Shown here in pieces: positions 41,408 to 52,912 of a stretch of DNA of 64,000 nt (within the stretch, counting starts at the first letter, position 1; each line of letters opens with the position of its first letter). The notes beneath the pieces are model-generated. The model ran no database searches and was not told the DNA's origin. It saw nothing but the letters and a program-made list of their open reading frames with translations. The stretch covers positions 1,920,001 through 1,984,000 of the forward strand of contig CAVQYR010000001.1 of NCBI GenBank assembly GCA_963718235.1, read 5' to 3'. Made by a program: the position numbers and the translations under genes. The stretch is from an uncultured Actinomycetota bacterium (GTDB lineage: Bacteria; Actinomycetota; Actinomycetes; JAHEKZ01).

Positions 41408-42214
41408 GTGTCACCCAGCAAGAAGCAGGCCCAGCGTGCTGCCGCGCGTGAGCGGTACGAGAAGTACCTGGAGCGCCGCCAGCGGAAGCTGCACCGCAAG
41501 CAGCTGGTCCGCCGCGGGCTCTACCTCGCGCTGGCCGCCGCGCTGGTCGTCGGGCTCGGCTTCTGGGGCTTCAGCGCGCTCGGGTCCGACGACGAGGACG
41601 ACATCGCCGCCCTCGTGCCGTCGCCCACGACGAGCCCGACCGACGTCGTGGCGGCCAAAGGCTGCCAGCCGGCCACCGTCGTCCCAGTGACCGAACCCCA
41701 GCAGTTCGACGGCGCCGAACAGGTGCTGGAGCCGGGCCCGGCCACACTCACCTTGAGCACGAACTGCGGTGACCTCTCGATCGCCCTGGAGACCAAGACC
41801 GCCCCGAAGAACTCCAACTCGCTGGCATTTCTCGCCGAGCAGGGATACTTCGACGGCACGGCCTGCCATCGACTGACCACGCAGGGGATCTTCGTCCTGC
41901 AGTGTGGTGACCCGACTGCGGCGGGCTCGGGAGGTCCTGGGTACACCACGAAGGACGAGAACGTCCCGGCCGACGGCGTCTACCCTGCCGGGACCGTGGC
42001 CATGGCCGAGCCGAGCACCGGTGACGCGGGGAGCCAGTTCTTCATCGTGTACCAGGACACCACGCTGCCGCCCAGCTACACCACGGTCGGCCAGGTCACC
42101 GAGGGTCTCGCCGCCGTCAAGGCGGTCGCCCAGGTCGGCGTCGAAGGAGGAGGCAGCGACGGTGCACCGGCGCAGCCCGTGGTCATCGACAAGGCCACGG
42201 TGACCCAGCCATGA
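41408..42214 (+). CDS. Membrane-anchored cyclophilin-type peptidylprolyl isomerase
   Basis: CHRLTT, LQCGDP, GGPGY, GTVAMA, GSQFFIVY. Confidence 0.9.
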   Translation: MSPSKKQAQRAAARERYEKYLERRQRKLHRKQLVRRGLYLALAAALVVGLGFWGFSALGSDDEDDIAALVPSPTTSPTDVVAAKGCQPATVVPVTEPQQFDGAEQVLEPGPATLTLSTNCGDLSIALETKTAPKNSNSLAFLAEQGYFDGTACHRLTTQGIFVLQCGDPTAAGSGGPGYTTKDENVPADGVYPAGTVAMAEPSTGDAGSQFFIVYQDTTLPPSYTTVGQVTEGLAAVKAVAQVGVEGGGSDGAPAQPVVIDKATVTQP

Positions 42215-43464
42215 GCGACCGGGAGGCCGACCCGACTGCGGGGCGTCCCTGGGGCCGGGTCGACGCCGACGGCACCGTCTATGTGCACACCGCCGAGGGT
42301 GAGCGCGCGGTCGGCAGCTGGCTGGCCGGCGACCCCGCCGACGGGCTGGCCTTCTACGAGCGTCGCTACCAGACCCTGTCGGTCGACATCGACCTGCTCC
42401 AGCACCGCCTGACCGGTGCCGGGCTCTCCCCCGAGGAGGCAATGGCCAAGATCGGCAAGCTTCGGACCCAGGTCGACGACCCGGTCTGCGTCGGTGACCT
42501 CGCCGCCTTGCGCGCTCGGCTCGACGCTCTCGTGGGGGTCGTCGGCGAGCAGCGGGAGAAGAAGGTCGCCGAGCGCCAGGCCGCGCGCGACGCGGCGCGG
42601 GCCCAGCGGGAGACCTTGGTGGCGGAGGCCGAACGGCTGGCCGACAGCACCCAGTGGAAGGCCACCGGCGAGCGGTATCGGGCCATGGTCGAGGAGTGGA
42701 AGGCCGCTCCCCGGGTGGACCGGTCCGGTGAGCAGGAGCTCTGGCAGCGGCTCAGCCACGCGCGAGCGGTCTTCGACAAGCGACGCCGTGCCCACTTCGC
42801 CGAGCTGGAGACTCGCCACCACGAGGCGGCAGCGGCCAAGCAGCGGCTGATCAAGGAGGCCGAGCAGCTCTCGTCCAGCACGCAGTGGGGACCGACGGCC
42901 GCGGCGTACCGCGACCTGATGCGGCAGTGGAAGGCAGCCGGACCGGCCGGCAAGGCGCAGGAGGAGAAGCTGTGGCAGGCGTTCCGGGCCGCCCAGGACG
43001 CCTTCTTCACGGCCCGGTCGGAGGCCTTCGCCGAGCGCGACGCGGGGCAGGCTGAGAACCTCCAGGTCAAGCAGGGTCTGCTCGCCGAGGCGGAGGCGCT
43101 GCTCCCGGTGACCGACCACAAGGCGGCGCGACGACAGCTGCGGGCGCTGCAGGACCGGTGGAACGCGGCCGGGCAGGTCCCCCGCGCCGACAAGGAGCCG
43201 CTCGAGGCACGGCTGCGCGCGGTCGAGCAGACGGTGAAGACTGCTGAGGAGTCCCAGTGGCGGCGCAGCAACCCCGAGGCGCGGGCCCGCGCCCAGGCGA
43301 CCGCTGACCAGCTCAACACCGCCTTGGCCAAGCTGGAGCGGCAGCGCAGCGCTGCGTTGGAGGCCGGGGACGAGCGGCGGGTCGGTGAGCTCGACGAGGC
43401 GATCGCCGCCCGGCGGGCGTGGCTCGTGTCGGCCGAGCAGGCGCTCGCCGAGTTCTCCCCCTGA
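42211..43464 (+). CDS. DUF349 domain protein
   Basis: WGRVDADGTVYV; repeated WK.AG...E.LW..F helical units. Confidence 0.85.
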   Translation: MSDREADPTAGRPWGRVDADGTVYVHTAEGERAVGSWLAGDPADGLAFYERRYQTLSVDIDLLQHRLTGAGLSPEEAMAKIGKLRTQVDDPVCVGDLAALRARLDALVGVVGEQREKKVAERQAARDAARAQRETLVAEAERLADSTQWKATGERYRAMVEEWKAAPRVDRSGEQELWQRLSHARAVFDKRRRAHFAELETRHHEAAAAKQRLIKEAEQLSSSTQWGPTAAAYRDLMRQWKAAGPAGKAQEEKLWQAFRAAQDAFFTARSEAFAERDAGQAENLQVKQGLLAEAEALLPVTDHKAARRQLRALQDRWNAAGQVPRADKEPLEARLRAVEQTVKTAEESQWRRSNPEARARAQATADQLNTALAKLERQRSAALEAGDERRVGELDEAIAARRAWLVSAEQALAEFSP

Positions 43465-43540
43465 ACCACCAGACCCACCTCTGGCTGACGATCGGGTTTG
43501 CTGGTCCCGACGTGGGTTTGCCGGCGGGTGCGGGCGAGGG

Positions 43541-45844
43541 TCAGGCGCTGGTGATCCGGTAGGCGTCGAACACGCCCTCCACGTTGCGGACGGCGCTCAG
43601 GACGTGGCCCAGGTGCCGGGTGTCGCCCATCTCGAAGGTGAACCGGGACAAGGCGATCCGGTCCCGCGTCGTGGTGACCGACGCGGACAGGATGTTGACG
43701 TGCTGGTCGGACAGCATCCGGGTGATGTCGGACAGTAGCCGGGCCCGGTCCAGCGCCTCGACCTGGATCGACACCAGGAAGACGCTGTTGGTCGTCGGCG
43801 CCCACTCGACCTCCACGAACCGGTCGGGCTCGGCGGACATGGACTTGACGTTGACGCAGTCGGCCCGGTGCACCGACACCCCGCTGCCCCGCGTGACGAA
43901 CCCGACGATCCGGTCGTTCGGGACCGGGGTGCAGCAGCGCGCGAGCTTCACCCAGACGTCGTCGACGCCCTTGACCACGACCCCCGGGTCACCTTGGGGT
44001 CGCGCACGCTCCTTGGTGAGCGTGGGGGTGGTGGCCTCGGCCAGGTCCTCCTCGGCGCCGTCCTCCCCACCCATCGCCTGCACCAGCCGGTGCACGACGG
44101 TCTGCGCGGACACCTGGCCCTCACCCACGGCGGCGTACAAGTGGGTGATGTCCTTCAGTCGCAGGTCGGTGGCCACCGAGAGGAGCGCGGGCCCGCTGAG
44201 GATCCGCTGGATCGGCAGGCCCTGCTTGCGCATCGCCCGCGCGATGGCGTCCTTGCCCTGCTCGATCGCCTCCTCACGGCGCTCCTTGGAGAACCACGCC
44301 TTGATCTTGTTCCGGGCCCGGGCGCTGGTGACGAAGGACAGCCAGTCTCGGCTCGGTGCTGCGTCGAGGGCCTTCGACGTGATGACCTCGACGACGTCGC
44401 CGTTGTCCAGCGGGCTGTCCAGCGGGACGAGTCGCCCGTTGACGCGTGCACCGACCGTTCGGTGCCCCACCTCGGTGTGGACGGCGTAGGCGAAGTCGAT
44501 CGGTGTCGAGCCCATGGGAAGGGCGATCACGTCGCCCTTCGGGGTGAACACGAAGGTCTCGGAGGCGTTGATCTCAAACCGGAGGGACTCAAGGAACTCG
44601 CCCGGGTCCTCGGTCTCCTGCTGCCAGTCGAGCAGCTGGCGCAGCCACTGCATGTCGTTGGGCGAGCCGGCCTGGTCGACCCGGCCGCGCGCCGAGTCCT
44701 CCTTGTACTTCCAGTGGGCGGCAACGCCGTACTCGGCCCGTCGGTGCATGGCGTGGGTACGGATCTGCAGCTCGACCGGCTTGCCCTCAGGTCCGATCAC
44801 CGTCGTGTGCAACGACTGGTACATGTTGAACTTGGGCATGGCGATGTAGTCCTTGAACCGCCCAGGCACCGGGTTCCATCGCGAGTGGATCGCACCGAGC
44901 GCGGCGTAGCAGTCGCGCACGCTGTCGACCAGGACCCGGATCCCGACCAGGTCGTAGATGTCGGCGAAGTCTCGACCGCGGACGATCATCTTCTGGTAGA
45001 CGCTGTAGTAGTGCTTGGGGCGCCCGGTGACGTCTGCGGAGACCTTGGCGGCACGAAGGTCAGTCGTGACCTCGTCGATCACGGTCTGCAGGTAGTGCTC
45101 GCGGCTCGGCGCGCGGACCTCGACAAGGTGCACGATCTCGTCGTACATCTTGGGGTACAACGTCGCGAAGGAGAGGTCCTCCAGCTCCCACTTGATCGCG
45201 TTCATGCCCAGTCGGTGGGCCAGCGGCGCGTAGATCTCCAGGGTCTCGCGGGCCTTCGACGCCTGCTTCTCCTCGGCCAGGAAGTGCAGGGTCCGCATGT
45301 TGTGCAGTCGGTCGGTCAGCTTGATCACCAGCACGCGGATGTCGCGCGCCATGGCCACGACCATCTTGCGCACCGTCTCGGCCTGGGCCGCCTGTCCGTA
45401 CTTGACCTTGTCGAGCTTGGTGACCCCGTCGACCAGCAGCGCCACCTCGGCGCCGAACTCGGCCCGGACCTGGTCGATGGTGTACTCGGTGTCCTCGACC
45501 GTGTCGTGCAGCAGGGCGGCAGCAAGGGTGGGCGGGGTCATCCCGAGGTCGGCCAGGATCTGGGCCACGGCCAACGGGTGGGTGATGTAGGGGTCACCGC
45601 TACGTCGCAGCTGACCGCGGTGCTTCTCCTCGGCGACGACGTACGCCCGCTCGATCAGCTTGACGTCGGCCCTGGGATGGTTGCCGCGCACGGTGCGGAC
45701 CAGGGGCTCCAGCACCGGAAGGGAGGTCCGGGCGCCGCCGAGGCGGGACAGGGCGGTGCGGACGCGCCCGGCGTAGTGGTCGTCTGGGACGTGCGGGGGC
45801 TCACGGTCGCTGCGGACCGCCGGTGGGCTGACCGGATCGGTCAC
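43541..45844 (-). CDS. relA: Bifunctional (p)ppGpp synthetase/hydrolase
   Basis: [38 protein letters not shown]-terminal ACT. Confidence 0.96.
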   Translation of the reverse strand: MTDPVSPPAVRSDREPPHVPDDHYAGRVRTALSRLGGARTSLPVLEPLVRTVRGNHPRADVKLIERAYVVAEEKHRGQLRRSGDPYITHPLAVAQILADLGMTPPTLAAALLHDTVEDTEYTIDQVRAEFGAEVALLVDGVTKLDKVKYGQAAQAETVRKMVVAMARDIRVLVIKLTDRLHNMRTLHFLAEEKQASKARETLEIYAPLAHRLGMNAIKWELEDLSFATLYPKMYDEIVHLVEVRAPSREHYLQTVIDEVTTDLRAAKVSADVTGRPKHYYSVYQKMIVRGRDFADIYDLVGIRVLVDSVRDCYAALGAIHSRWNPVPGRFKDYIAMPKFNMYQSLHTTVIGPEGKPVELQIRTHAMHRRAEYGVAAHWKYKEDSARGRVDQAGSPNDMQWLRQLLDWQQETEDPGEFLESLRFEINASETFVFTPKGDVIALPMGSTPIDFAYAVHTEVGHRTVGARVNGRLVPLDSPLDNGDVVEVITSKALDAAPSRDWLSFVTSARARNKIKAWFSKERREEAIEQGKDAIARAMRKQGLPIQRILSGPALLSVATDLRLKDITHLYAAVGEGQVSAQTVVHRLVQAMGGEDGAEEDLAEATTPTLTKERARPQGDPGVVVKGVDDVWVKLARCCTPVPNDRIVGFVTRGSGVSVHRADCVNVKSMSAEPDRFVEVEWAPTTNSVFLVSIQVEALDRARLLSDITRMLSDQHVNILSASVTTTRDRIALSRFTFEMGDTRHLGHVLSAVRNVEGVFDAYRITSA

Positions 45845-45898
45845 TCGTCACCCCTGCGCAGGTTGGTCGTGCGCCCAGTGTAGGCGAGCACGGTCGCG

Positions 45899-46432
45899 TC
45901 AGTAGGTGAGCAGCACCTCGACGTCGACGCCAGGCAGCTGCTGCCGACCGTGCAGGAACTCCAGCTCGATCAGGAAGCTCGCCCCGACGACGTCGGCGCC
46001 GGTCTGCCGGATCAGCTCGACGGTGGCTGCGGCGGTGCCTCCTGTGGCCAGGACGTCGTCGACGACGAGTACGCGCTCACCGGGCGACAGCCCGTCGCGG
46101 TGGATCTCCAGCGTGGCACTGCCGTACTCCAGGTCGTACGCCCGCTCGAAGGTCGTGTGCGGCAGCTTGCCGACCTTGCGGACCGGAACGAAACCGGCCC
46201 CGAAGTGGTAGGCGACCGGTGCGGCCAGGATGAAGCCACGAGCCTCGACCCCGACGACCTTGTCGACGCTCCCCCTGCCGTACCGGGCGACGATCGCGTC
46301 GACCACTGCGGAGAAGGCCATCGGGTCGGCCAGCAGCGGGGTGATGTCGCGGAAGACCACACCCGGCTTCGGGTAGTCCGGGACATCGCGGACTCTGGCT
46401 CGCAGCAGCGACTCGAGGTCCGGCAACGTCAC
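45899..46432 (-). CDS. apt: Adenine phosphoribosyltransferase
   Basis: DYPKPGVVFRDITP, EARGF, VDDVLATGGT. Confidence 0.95.
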   Translation of the reverse strand: MTLPDLESLLRARVRDVPDYPKPGVVFRDITPLLADPMAFSAVVDAIVARYGRGSVDKVVGVEARGFILAAPVAYHFGAGFVPVRKVGKLPHTTFERAYDLEYGSATLEIHRDGLSPGERVLVVDDVLATGGTAAATVELIRQTGADVVGASFLIELEFLHGRQQLPGVDVEVLLTY

Positions 46433-46434
46433 GG

Positions 46435-47580
46435 CTACCGCTTGCTGCCCGAGCCGCCCGAGCGTCGCTTGGACGACGGACGTCGCTTCGGCTGGTTCCG
46501 TTGGCCCGCCACGGTGCCGGTGGAGCCAGACCCCTCCGCAGCGACGGTTGCGGTTGCTGCCACCGGTGCAGCCCCTGCACCCGGCTCGGCCTCGACCCCG
46601 CGCGAGGCCCGACGTGCGGTCACTCGGGCGTTCAGCGCCTTCATCGCCGGCTCCCGCTCCTTGAGGTCGGCCAGCACCGGAGTGGCGATGAACACCGACG
46701 AGTAGGTACCCACGGCAATGCCGACGAACAAGGCCAGCGCGAGGTCCTTCAGCGTGCCTGCGCCGAGCACGTACGCGCCCACGAAGAGCAGCGCGGCCAC
46801 GGGCAGCAGACCGACGATCGAGGTGTTGATCGACCGGACCAGCGTCTGGTTGACCGCCAGGTTGGCTGCGTCGCTGTAGGTCATCCGGCTGCCGGCAGTG
46901 AGTCCTCGGGTGTTCTCCTTGACCTTGTCGAACACGACCACGGTGTCGTACAGGGAGTAGCCGAGGATGGTGAGGACACCGATGACCGACGCCGGCGTGA
47001 CCTCGAAGCCCACCAGGGCGTAGATGCCGACAGTGATGAACACATCGTGCGCGAGGGCGACCAGTGCCGCGATGGCCATGCGCCACTCGAAGGCCACCGA
47101 CAGGTAGAGCACGATGGCGGCCAGGAACACCACAAGGCCGGTCAGGGCCTTCTTGGTGATCGACTGGCCCCAGGAGGGCCCGATGACCGTCGTGGACACG
47201 TCGTCGAGCGGTGTGTCGCAGGCACTGGCCAGAGACTCGGCCACGGTGGCGCTGCGTTCGGCACCGAGCGACACGGTCTGCACCCTGATGTCCCGTCCGC
47301 TCGAGCCCTTGACCTCGGTGACGATCGGCTCCTCGGTGGTGACACCAGCATCGGACACCGCGGTACGAGCGGTCTCGACGGTGCAGGTCTCGCTGGGGAC
47401 CGTGAACACCGAACCGCCGGTGAACTCGACGCCGAAGTTGAGCCCGCGAAAGCCGAGTGCGCCCAGCGCGATGATGAGCAGGACGGCCGAGGCCGCGTAC
47501 CAGCGGCGCTGGTTGCCGACGATGTTGAACGAGATGTCACCGCGGTAGAGGTTGTTGCCCAGCTGGGACAGACGTGACAC
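46435..47580 (-). CDS. secF: Protein translocase subunit SecF
   Basis: GVEFTGG, IGPSWG, HD, GYSLYDTVVVFD, RSINT. Confidence 0.96.
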   Translation of the reverse strand: MSRLSQLGNNLYRGDISFNIVGNQRRWYAASAVLLIIALGALGFRGLNFGVEFTGGSVFTVPSETCTVETARTAVSDAGVTTEEPIVTEVKGSSGRDIRVQTVSLGAERSATVAESLASACDTPLDDVSTTVIGPSWGQSITKKALTGLVVFLAAIVLYLSVAFEWRMAIAALVALAHDVFITVGIYALVGFEVTPASVIGVLTILGYSLYDTVVVFDKVKENTRGLTAGSRMTYSDAANLAVNQTLVRSINTSIVGLLPVAALLFVGAYVLGAGTLKDLALALFVGIAVGTYSSVFIATPVLADLKEREPAMKALNARVTARRASRGVEAEPGAGAAPVAATATVAAEGSGSTGTVAGQRNQPKRRPSSKRRSGGSGSKR

Positions 47581-47581
47581 G

Positions 47582-49327
47582 TCAGGCCTCCTTCGTGGCC
47601 GACGCGGTACGTCGACGACGCACGTCCGGCGCGGGACGCGCCTTGGCGCCGAGTCGCTCCGGGGACAGCCCGGACCACTTGCTGCCGCTGTTGAAGAACT
47701 TGGTGCGTGCCAGCAGGCTGATGATCGGCTTGGTGAACATGAACACGACCAGTAGGTCGATCACGGTGGTGAGTCCCAGTGAGAACGCGAAGCCTCGGAC
47801 GCCGCCGACGGACAACAGGTACAGGACCACGGCTGCGATGATCGAGATGAAGTCCGCGGCGACGATGGTGCGACGGGCCCGAGCCCAACCGGTCTCGAGC
47901 GCCACCCGAAGCGACCGTCCGTCGCGGACCTCGTCTCGGATCCGCTCGAAGTACACGATGAACGAGTCTGCGGTGATACCGATCGCAACGATGAGACCGG
48001 CCACACCGGCCAGCGTCAGGGTGAACCCGATCGTCTCGCCGAGCAGGACCACCGAGCCGTAGGTCAACAAGGCCGCGATGACCAAGGAGGCGACGGCGAC
48101 GAGGGCCAGGGCGCGGTAGTAGACCAGCAGGTAGACGACCACGAGCAGCAGACCAAGGGCACCTGCGATCAGACCCCCGCGCAGCTGGTCGGATCCCAGG
48201 CTCGGCGACACGGTCTGCTGCTCGCCGACCTCGAAGGCCAAGGGCAGCGCGCCGTACTTGAGCACCGTGGCGAGGTCGGTGGCCTCCTGCTGGGTGAACG
48301 ACCCGGTGATCTGCGCCGTCCCCCCGAGGATCGGTTCGTTCACCTGGGGTGCTGAGATGACCACCCCGTCGAGCACGATCGCGAACTGGTCGGTCGGCGG
48401 AGTCTGCCCGAACAGCCGGGTCGTGGTGTCGGCGAACTGCTTGGTGCCCTTGCCGTCGAAGGACAACGACACCGCCCAGCTGGTGGAGTTCTGGGGCAGG
48501 ACCGCCGACGCCCCGTCGATGTCGGCGCCGTCGACCGCAACCGGTTCGAGCAGGTACTTGGCGGCCCCGGTCTCGTCGCAGGCGGCAATCGGCTTGGTGG
48601 CATCGGTGACCACGCCGGCACCCGCCTTCGCCGGCTTGCTGCAGTCGAGCTCCTGGAACTGCTGCAGCAGGGCGGCGTCTGGCTGGGCCGGGGTGCTCGG
48701 CGAGGCCGAGGGCGACGGCGTGGGGCTCGGGGACTCCGTGACCGACGGGCTCGGCGAGTCACTCGCCTTCGGGCTGGGTGTCGCCGTCTTGTCGACCCGG
48801 GGCAGCGCAGCCCCATTTGCCGTCGGGTTGGCCGACGGGTCGCCCGAGCTGACCCCCTCCGGCTGCTGGTCCTGCTTCTGGCCGGGCTTCTTCTTGGTCG
48901 GGCTCGGGCTCGGAGACGGTTGGGGCGTGGGGGCGCCCGACGCCACCTGGAGCACCGGGCGGAAGGACAGCCGCGCGGTGCGTCCGACCAGCTCGACCAG
49001 GTCGGACTGGGTGACGCCGGGCACGGAGACGACGATCACCGCCTCCGAGCCGGAACCCTGGGCGGTGACCTCGGCCTCCGAGACACCGAAGGCGTTGACC
49101 CGGTCCTGGATGATCTGGACGGCCTGGTCGATGGACTCGTCGGTGATGTCACCGGTGGCGCCGTCGGCCACGCTGGGCTGCAGCGTGACCGTGGTTCCCC
49201 CCTGGAGGTCGAGGCCCAGCCGCGGGGTGTTGACCCCACTGACCAGCATCCACCCACCCAGCAGGGCACCGATGACGGCGAGCACGAGGAGCGTCCGCCC
49301 CGGTCGCACACTTCCGGCTGTCGCCAC
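47582..49327 (-). CDS. secD: Protein translocase subunit SecD
   Basis: LGLDLQGG, AIVLDG, GALP, IGITADSFIVYFERI. Confidence 0.96.
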   Translation of the reverse strand: MATAGSVRPGRTLLVLAVIGALLGGWMLVSGVNTPRLGLDLQGGTTVTLQPSVADGATGDITDESIDQAVQIIQDRVNAFGVSEAEVTAQGSGSEAVIVVSVPGVTQSDLVELVGRTARLSFRPVLQVASGAPTPQPSPSPSPTKKKPGQKQDQQPEGVSSGDPSANPTANGAALPRVDKTATPSPKASDSPSPSVTESPSPTPSPSASPSTPAQPDAALLQQFQELDCSKPAKAGAGVVTDATKPIAACDETGAAKYLLEPVAVDGADIDGASAVLPQNSTSWAVSLSFDGKGTKQFADTTTRLFGQTPPTDQFAIVLDGVVISAPQVNEPILGGTAQITGSFTQQEATDLATVLKYGALPLAFEVGEQQTVSPSLGSDQLRGGLIAGALGLLLVVVYLLVYYRALALVAVASLVIAALLTYGSVVLLGETIGFTLTLAGVAGLIVAIGITADSFIVYFERIRDEVRDGRSLRVALETGWARARRTIVAADFISIIAAVVLYLLSVGGVRGFAFSLGLTTVIDLLVVFMFTKPIISLLARTKFFNSGSKWSGLSPERLGAKARPAPDVRRRRTASATKEA

Positions 49328-49401
49328 GAATGTCCTATCTCTCGCACCTGGTCAAGCCAAGGAAGTATCCCTGACCAGGCGTGGACACCGGCGCAGCGGG
49401 G

Positions 49402-49713
49402 TCAGTCCGGGCGTGCCGCGTCGTCGCGTTCCGACGCCGGGTCATCTGGCACGGGCGGTGCCGACCGGACCTGGCCCACGGCGGCCTTGACCATCCTCAG
49501 CTCGACGCCCGGTGCCACGCGCAGGGTCACCTCGTCGTCGTCGACCTGGGTCAGGGTGCCGATCACTCCCGCCGTGGTGATGATCTCCTGGCCCGGGGCG
49601 AGGGAGTTGCGCAGCTGCACGGCCTCGCGCTGACGACGCTGGGCCGGGCGGATGATGAGGAACCACAGCGCCGCCACGGGCAGCAACAAGATCAGGATCT
49701 CTGCGCCGCCCAT
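49402..49713 (-). CDS. yajC: Preprotein translocase subunit YajC
   Basis: FLIIRPAQRRQ, LAPGQEIITTAGVIG. Confidence 0.9.
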   Translation of the reverse strand: MGGAEILILLLPVAALWFLIIRPAQRRQREAVQLRNSLAPGQEIITTAGVIGTLTQVDDDEVTLRVAPGVELRMVKAAVGQVRSAPPVPDDPASERDDAARPD

Positions 49714-49795
49714 GGGTTCCCTCTCGGTCTTCGCCGGTCTCTGGCGTCCGGTCCGGCCCGCTACACTGCTCGGTGCCCACCCGGCCGTCTCGAGC

Positions 49796-50905
49796 CTACA
49801 AGCCGGAGTCGAGGTCGGTCGGGTCGAACAGGACGTCACCCACCTGGGTCCCCCTGGGTGGCGCGAGCCCCAGGTGTCGCCAGGCCTCCGCCGTGGCCAC
49901 CCGGCCCCGGGGGGTGCGGGCCAGCAGGCCGCACCGGACGAGGAACGGCTCGGCCACCTCCTCCACGGTCTCCCGCTCCTCGCCGACGGCCACCGCGAGC
50001 GTGGAGGCACCCACGGGTCCCCCTCCGAACCTGCGGACCAGCGCGTCCAGGACCGCCCGGTCGAGGCGGTCCAGTCCTCGCTCGTCGACCTCGTAGACCA
50101 CGAGCGCGGCGGCTGCCGTGGGCCCGTCGACCACTCCGCTCGCTCGGACCTGGGCGTAGTCGCGGACCCGCCGCAGCAGCCGGTTGGCCACCCGGGGCGT
50201 GCCGCGCGACCGCCCGGCGATCTCCGCTGCGCCCTCGTCGGTCAGCGGGACGTCGAGCAGGTGGGCCGAGCGGCGCAGGACGTGCTCGAGCTCCGACGGG
50301 TCGTAGAAGTCCAGATGGGCGGTGAAGCCGAACCGGTCCCGCAGCGGGCTGGGCAGGAGCCCGGCCCTGGTCGTGGCCCCGACCAGGGTGAAGTGCGGGA
50401 GGTCGAGCGGGATGGCGGTGGCCCCTGGCCCCTTGCCGACGATGATGTCGACCCGGAAGTCCTCCATCGCCAGGTAGAGCATCTCCTCCACGGGACGGGC
50501 GAGCCGGTGGATCTCGTCGACGAAGAGCACCTCGCCCTCGCTCAGGGACGACAGCACCGCGGCGAGGTCACCGGCGTGCTGGATCGCCGGCCCGCTGGTG
50601 AGTCGCAAGGGGACCCCGGCCTCGGTCGCGATGATCATCGCCAGGGTCGTCTTGCCCAGACCGGGGGGGCCGGAGAGCAGGACGTGGTCGGGGGCGCCGC
50701 CGCGCTGCTGGGCGGCCTGGAGCACCAGGCTCAGCTGCTCGCGCACCCGGTGCTGGCCGATGAACTCCTCCAGGCTCTTCGGCCGCAGCGCTGCCTCGGC
50801 GGCCTGGTCGTCGGGACCGGCCACCCCGTCGAGCAGTCCGGCCAGCTCGTGAGGGGTCTGCTCGGTGCCGCGCGCGGGCTCGTCCCGGGTGGTCACCGCG
50901 GTCAC
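49796..50905 (-). CDS. ruvB: Holliday junction branch migration ATPase RuvB
   Basis: [30 protein letters not shown]. Confidence 0.96.
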   Translation of the reverse strand: MTAVTTRDEPARGTEQTPHELAGLLDGVAGPDDQAAEAALRPKSLEEFIGQHRVREQLSLVLQAAQQRGGAPDHVLLSGPPGLGKTTLAMIIATEAGVPLRLTSGPAIQHAGDLAAVLSSLSEGEVLFVDEIHRLARPVEEMLYLAMEDFRVDIIVGKGPGATAIPLDLPHFTLVGATTRAGLLPSPLRDRFGFTAHLDFYDPSELEHVLRRSAHLLDVPLTDEGAAEIAGRSRGTPRVANRLLRRVRDYAQVRASGVVDGPTAAAALVVYEVDERGLDRLDRAVLDALVRRFGGGPVGASTLAVAVGEERETVEEVAEPFLVRCGLLARTPRGRVATAEAWRHLGLAPPRGTQVGDVLFDPTDLDSGL

Positions 50906-51513
50906 CGGGGTCCGAGGGTGCGCAGGGCAGAGCGCAGCAACGCGCCCACGTCGACCCGGAGGCCGGACTCCTCGGCGGCCGCCGCCTCGGGAGCCACCGC
51001 CTCGACCGCCTTGGCGGCATCGGCCGGCGACCAGCCCAGCCCGACCAGCGCGGCGTGCACCTGATCCGCCCACTCCGCGGCCCGACCCGGGTCGGTACCC
51101 GTAGGCGCCGAACCCGCTCCGAGCTTGTCCTTCAGCTCGAGCACCAACCGCTGGGCCCCCTTGCGGCCGATCCCTGGCACCGCCATCAGGGCCGTGACGT
51201 CGTCGGTGGCCACCAGACGGCGCAGCACGTCGGGCCGGTGCACGGCCAGCACCGCCTGGGCCAGCCGCGGCCCGACGCCGGACACGCTCTGGAGCTGCTC
51301 GAACACGGCCCGCTCGTCGTCGTCGGCGAACCCGAACAAGGTCAGGGAGTCCTCGCGCACGACCAGCGCGGTCGCCAGCTGCGCGGACTCGCCGTGGCGC
51401 AGCCCGGCGAGCGTGGCGGGGGTGCACTGGACCGCAAGGCCCACGCCGCCCACCTGCAGCACCGCGTGGTCGCCGTGCACCGCGGCCACCCGCCCCGAGA
51501 CGAAGGCGATCAC
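50902..51513 (-). CDS. ruvA: Holliday junction branch migration protein RuvA
   Basis: [34 protein letters not shown]. Confidence 0.95.
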   Translation of the reverse strand: MIAFVSGRVAAVHGDHAVLQVGGVGLAVQCTPATLAGLRHGESAQLATALVVREDSLTLFGFADDDERAVFEQLQSVSGVGPRLAQAVLAVHRPDVLRRLVATDDVTALMAVPGIGRKGAQRLVLELKDKLGAGSAPTGTDPGRAAEWADQVHAALVGLGWSPADAAKAVEAVAPEAAAAEESGLRVDVGALLRSALRTLGPR

Positions 51514-52037
51514 GGCGCGACCTCGGCCCGCTGACGTGCGACCGCCTCGTCGATCCGGCGCTGGGCACCTCCACGCCAGACGTGGCAGATGGCCAGCGCC
51601 AGCGCATCGGCGGCGTCGGCCGGGCGCGGGGTGGTCGGGAGGCGAAGCAGTCGGGTCACCATCGCACCGACCTGGGCCTTGTCGGCCCGTCCCTGTCCGG
51701 TGACCGCGGCCTTGACCTCGCTGGGGGTGTGCAGGGCGACCGGGATCCCTCGACGGGCCGCAGCAGCCAGGGCGACGCCGGACACCTGCGCCACGCCCAT
51801 GACGGTGCGCACGTTGTGCTGGCTGAACACCCGCTCCACCGCCACCGCGTCGGGCCGGTAGGACTCGAGCCAGGCGTCGATGACCCGTTCGATCGCGACG
51901 AGCCTCACCGCGAGGTCGGTGTCCGGGGTGGTCCGGACGACGTCGACCGCCACCAGCGTCAAGGGCCGACCCACGCTGCCGTCGACCACGCCCAGCCCGC
52001 AACGGGTCAGGCCTGGGTCGATCCCGAGCACGCGCAC
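51510..52037 (-). CDS. ruvC: Crossover junction endodeoxyribonuclease RuvC
   Basis: VLGIDPG, AVERVF, VKAAVTG.GRADK.QV, DAADALA. Confidence 0.96.
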   Translation of the reverse strand: MRVLGIDPGLTRCGLGVVDGSVGRPLTLVAVDVVRTTPDTDLAVRLVAIERVIDAWLESYRPDAVAVERVFSQHNVRTVMGVAQVSGVALAAAARRGIPVALHTPSEVKAAVTGQGRADKAQVGAMVTRLLRLPTTPRPADAADALALAICHVWRGGAQRRIDEAVARQRAEVAP

Positions 52038-52055
52038 GCAACGACTCCTTCGGCG

Positions 52056-52073
52056 TCCGAACAGGTGTTCGGA
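52056..52073. promoter_or_regulatory. LexA (SOS) box upstream of ruvCAB
   Basis: tcCGAAC-aggt-GTTCGga, fits the Gram-positive/actinobacterial consensus. Confidence 0.82.
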
Positions 52074-52118
52074 GCGTACCTGCGCGGTCGGACGGCCCAC
52101 GGGCGACGCGCCGGGACC

Positions 52119-52880
52119 TCAGCCGACCGCCGCCATCACCTCGTCGCTGACGTCGAAGTTGGCCCACACGTTCTGTACGTCGTCGGAGTCCTCGAGCGCC
52201 TCGATCAGCCGGAAGACCGAGGTGGCCCCGGCCTCGTCGAGGGGAACGGTCACACTCGGCACGAACGACGCCTCGGCCGACTCGTACTCCAGGCCCGCCT
52301 CCTGCAACGCCGTGCGGACCGACACGAGGTCGGTGGGCTCGCTGACCACCTCGAAGGTCTCCCCGAGATCGTTGACCTCCTCCGCGCCCGCGTCGAGCAC
52401 GGCGGCCAGCACGGTGTCCTCGTCGGCGCCCAGGCCGCCCTGCTCTCGGGGCACCAGCACGATCCCCTTTCGGGTGAACAGGTAGGAGACCGACCCGGGA
52501 TCGGCCATCGAGCCCCCGTTGCGGGTCATCGCCACCCGGACCTCGCTCGCCGCCCGGTTGCGGTTGTCGGTCAGGCACTCGATCAGGACGGCGACGCCCG
52601 ACGGACCGTAGCCCTCGTACATGATCGTCTGGTACTCCGCCCCGCCGGCCTCGAGCCCGGCGCCGCGCTTGAGCGCCCGGTCGATGTTGTCGTTGGGGAC
52701 CGAGCTCTTCTTCGCCTTGACGATCGCGTCGTACAGCGTCGGGTTGGCCGCCGGGTCCGCGCCCCCCACCCGCGCCGCGACCTCGACGTTCTTGATCAGC
52801 TTGGCGAACAGCTTGCCGCGCTTGGCGTCGACGACCGCCTTCTTGTGCTTGGTGGTGGCCCACTTGGAGTGGCCGGACAT
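52119..52880 (-). CDS. yebC: YebC/PmpR family protein
   Basis: MSGHSKW, YEGYGP, TDNRNR, DDVQNVW. Confidence 0.95.
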   Translation of the reverse strand: MSGHSKWATTKHKKAVVDAKRGKLFAKLIKNVEVAARVGGADPAANPTLYDAIVKAKKSSVPNDNIDRALKRGAGLEAGGAEYQTIMYEGYGPSGVAVLIECLTDNRNRAASEVRVAMTRNGGSMADPGSVSYLFTRKGIVLVPREQGGLGADEDTVLAAVLDAGAEEVNDLGETFEVVSEPTDLVSVRTALQEAGLEYESAEASFVPSVTVPLDEAGATSVFRLIEALEDSDDVQNVWANFDVSDEVMAAVG

Positions 52881-52912
52881 CGCTGGACGCCTCCTGACGG
52901 GGGTGGTCGTGA

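Noticed and set aside
33728-45883. Long antisense ORFs (e.g. 33728..36094, 36740..38614, 43868..45883)
   Set aside because: These are high-GC shadow frames opposite well-conserved genes, with no recognisable motifs.
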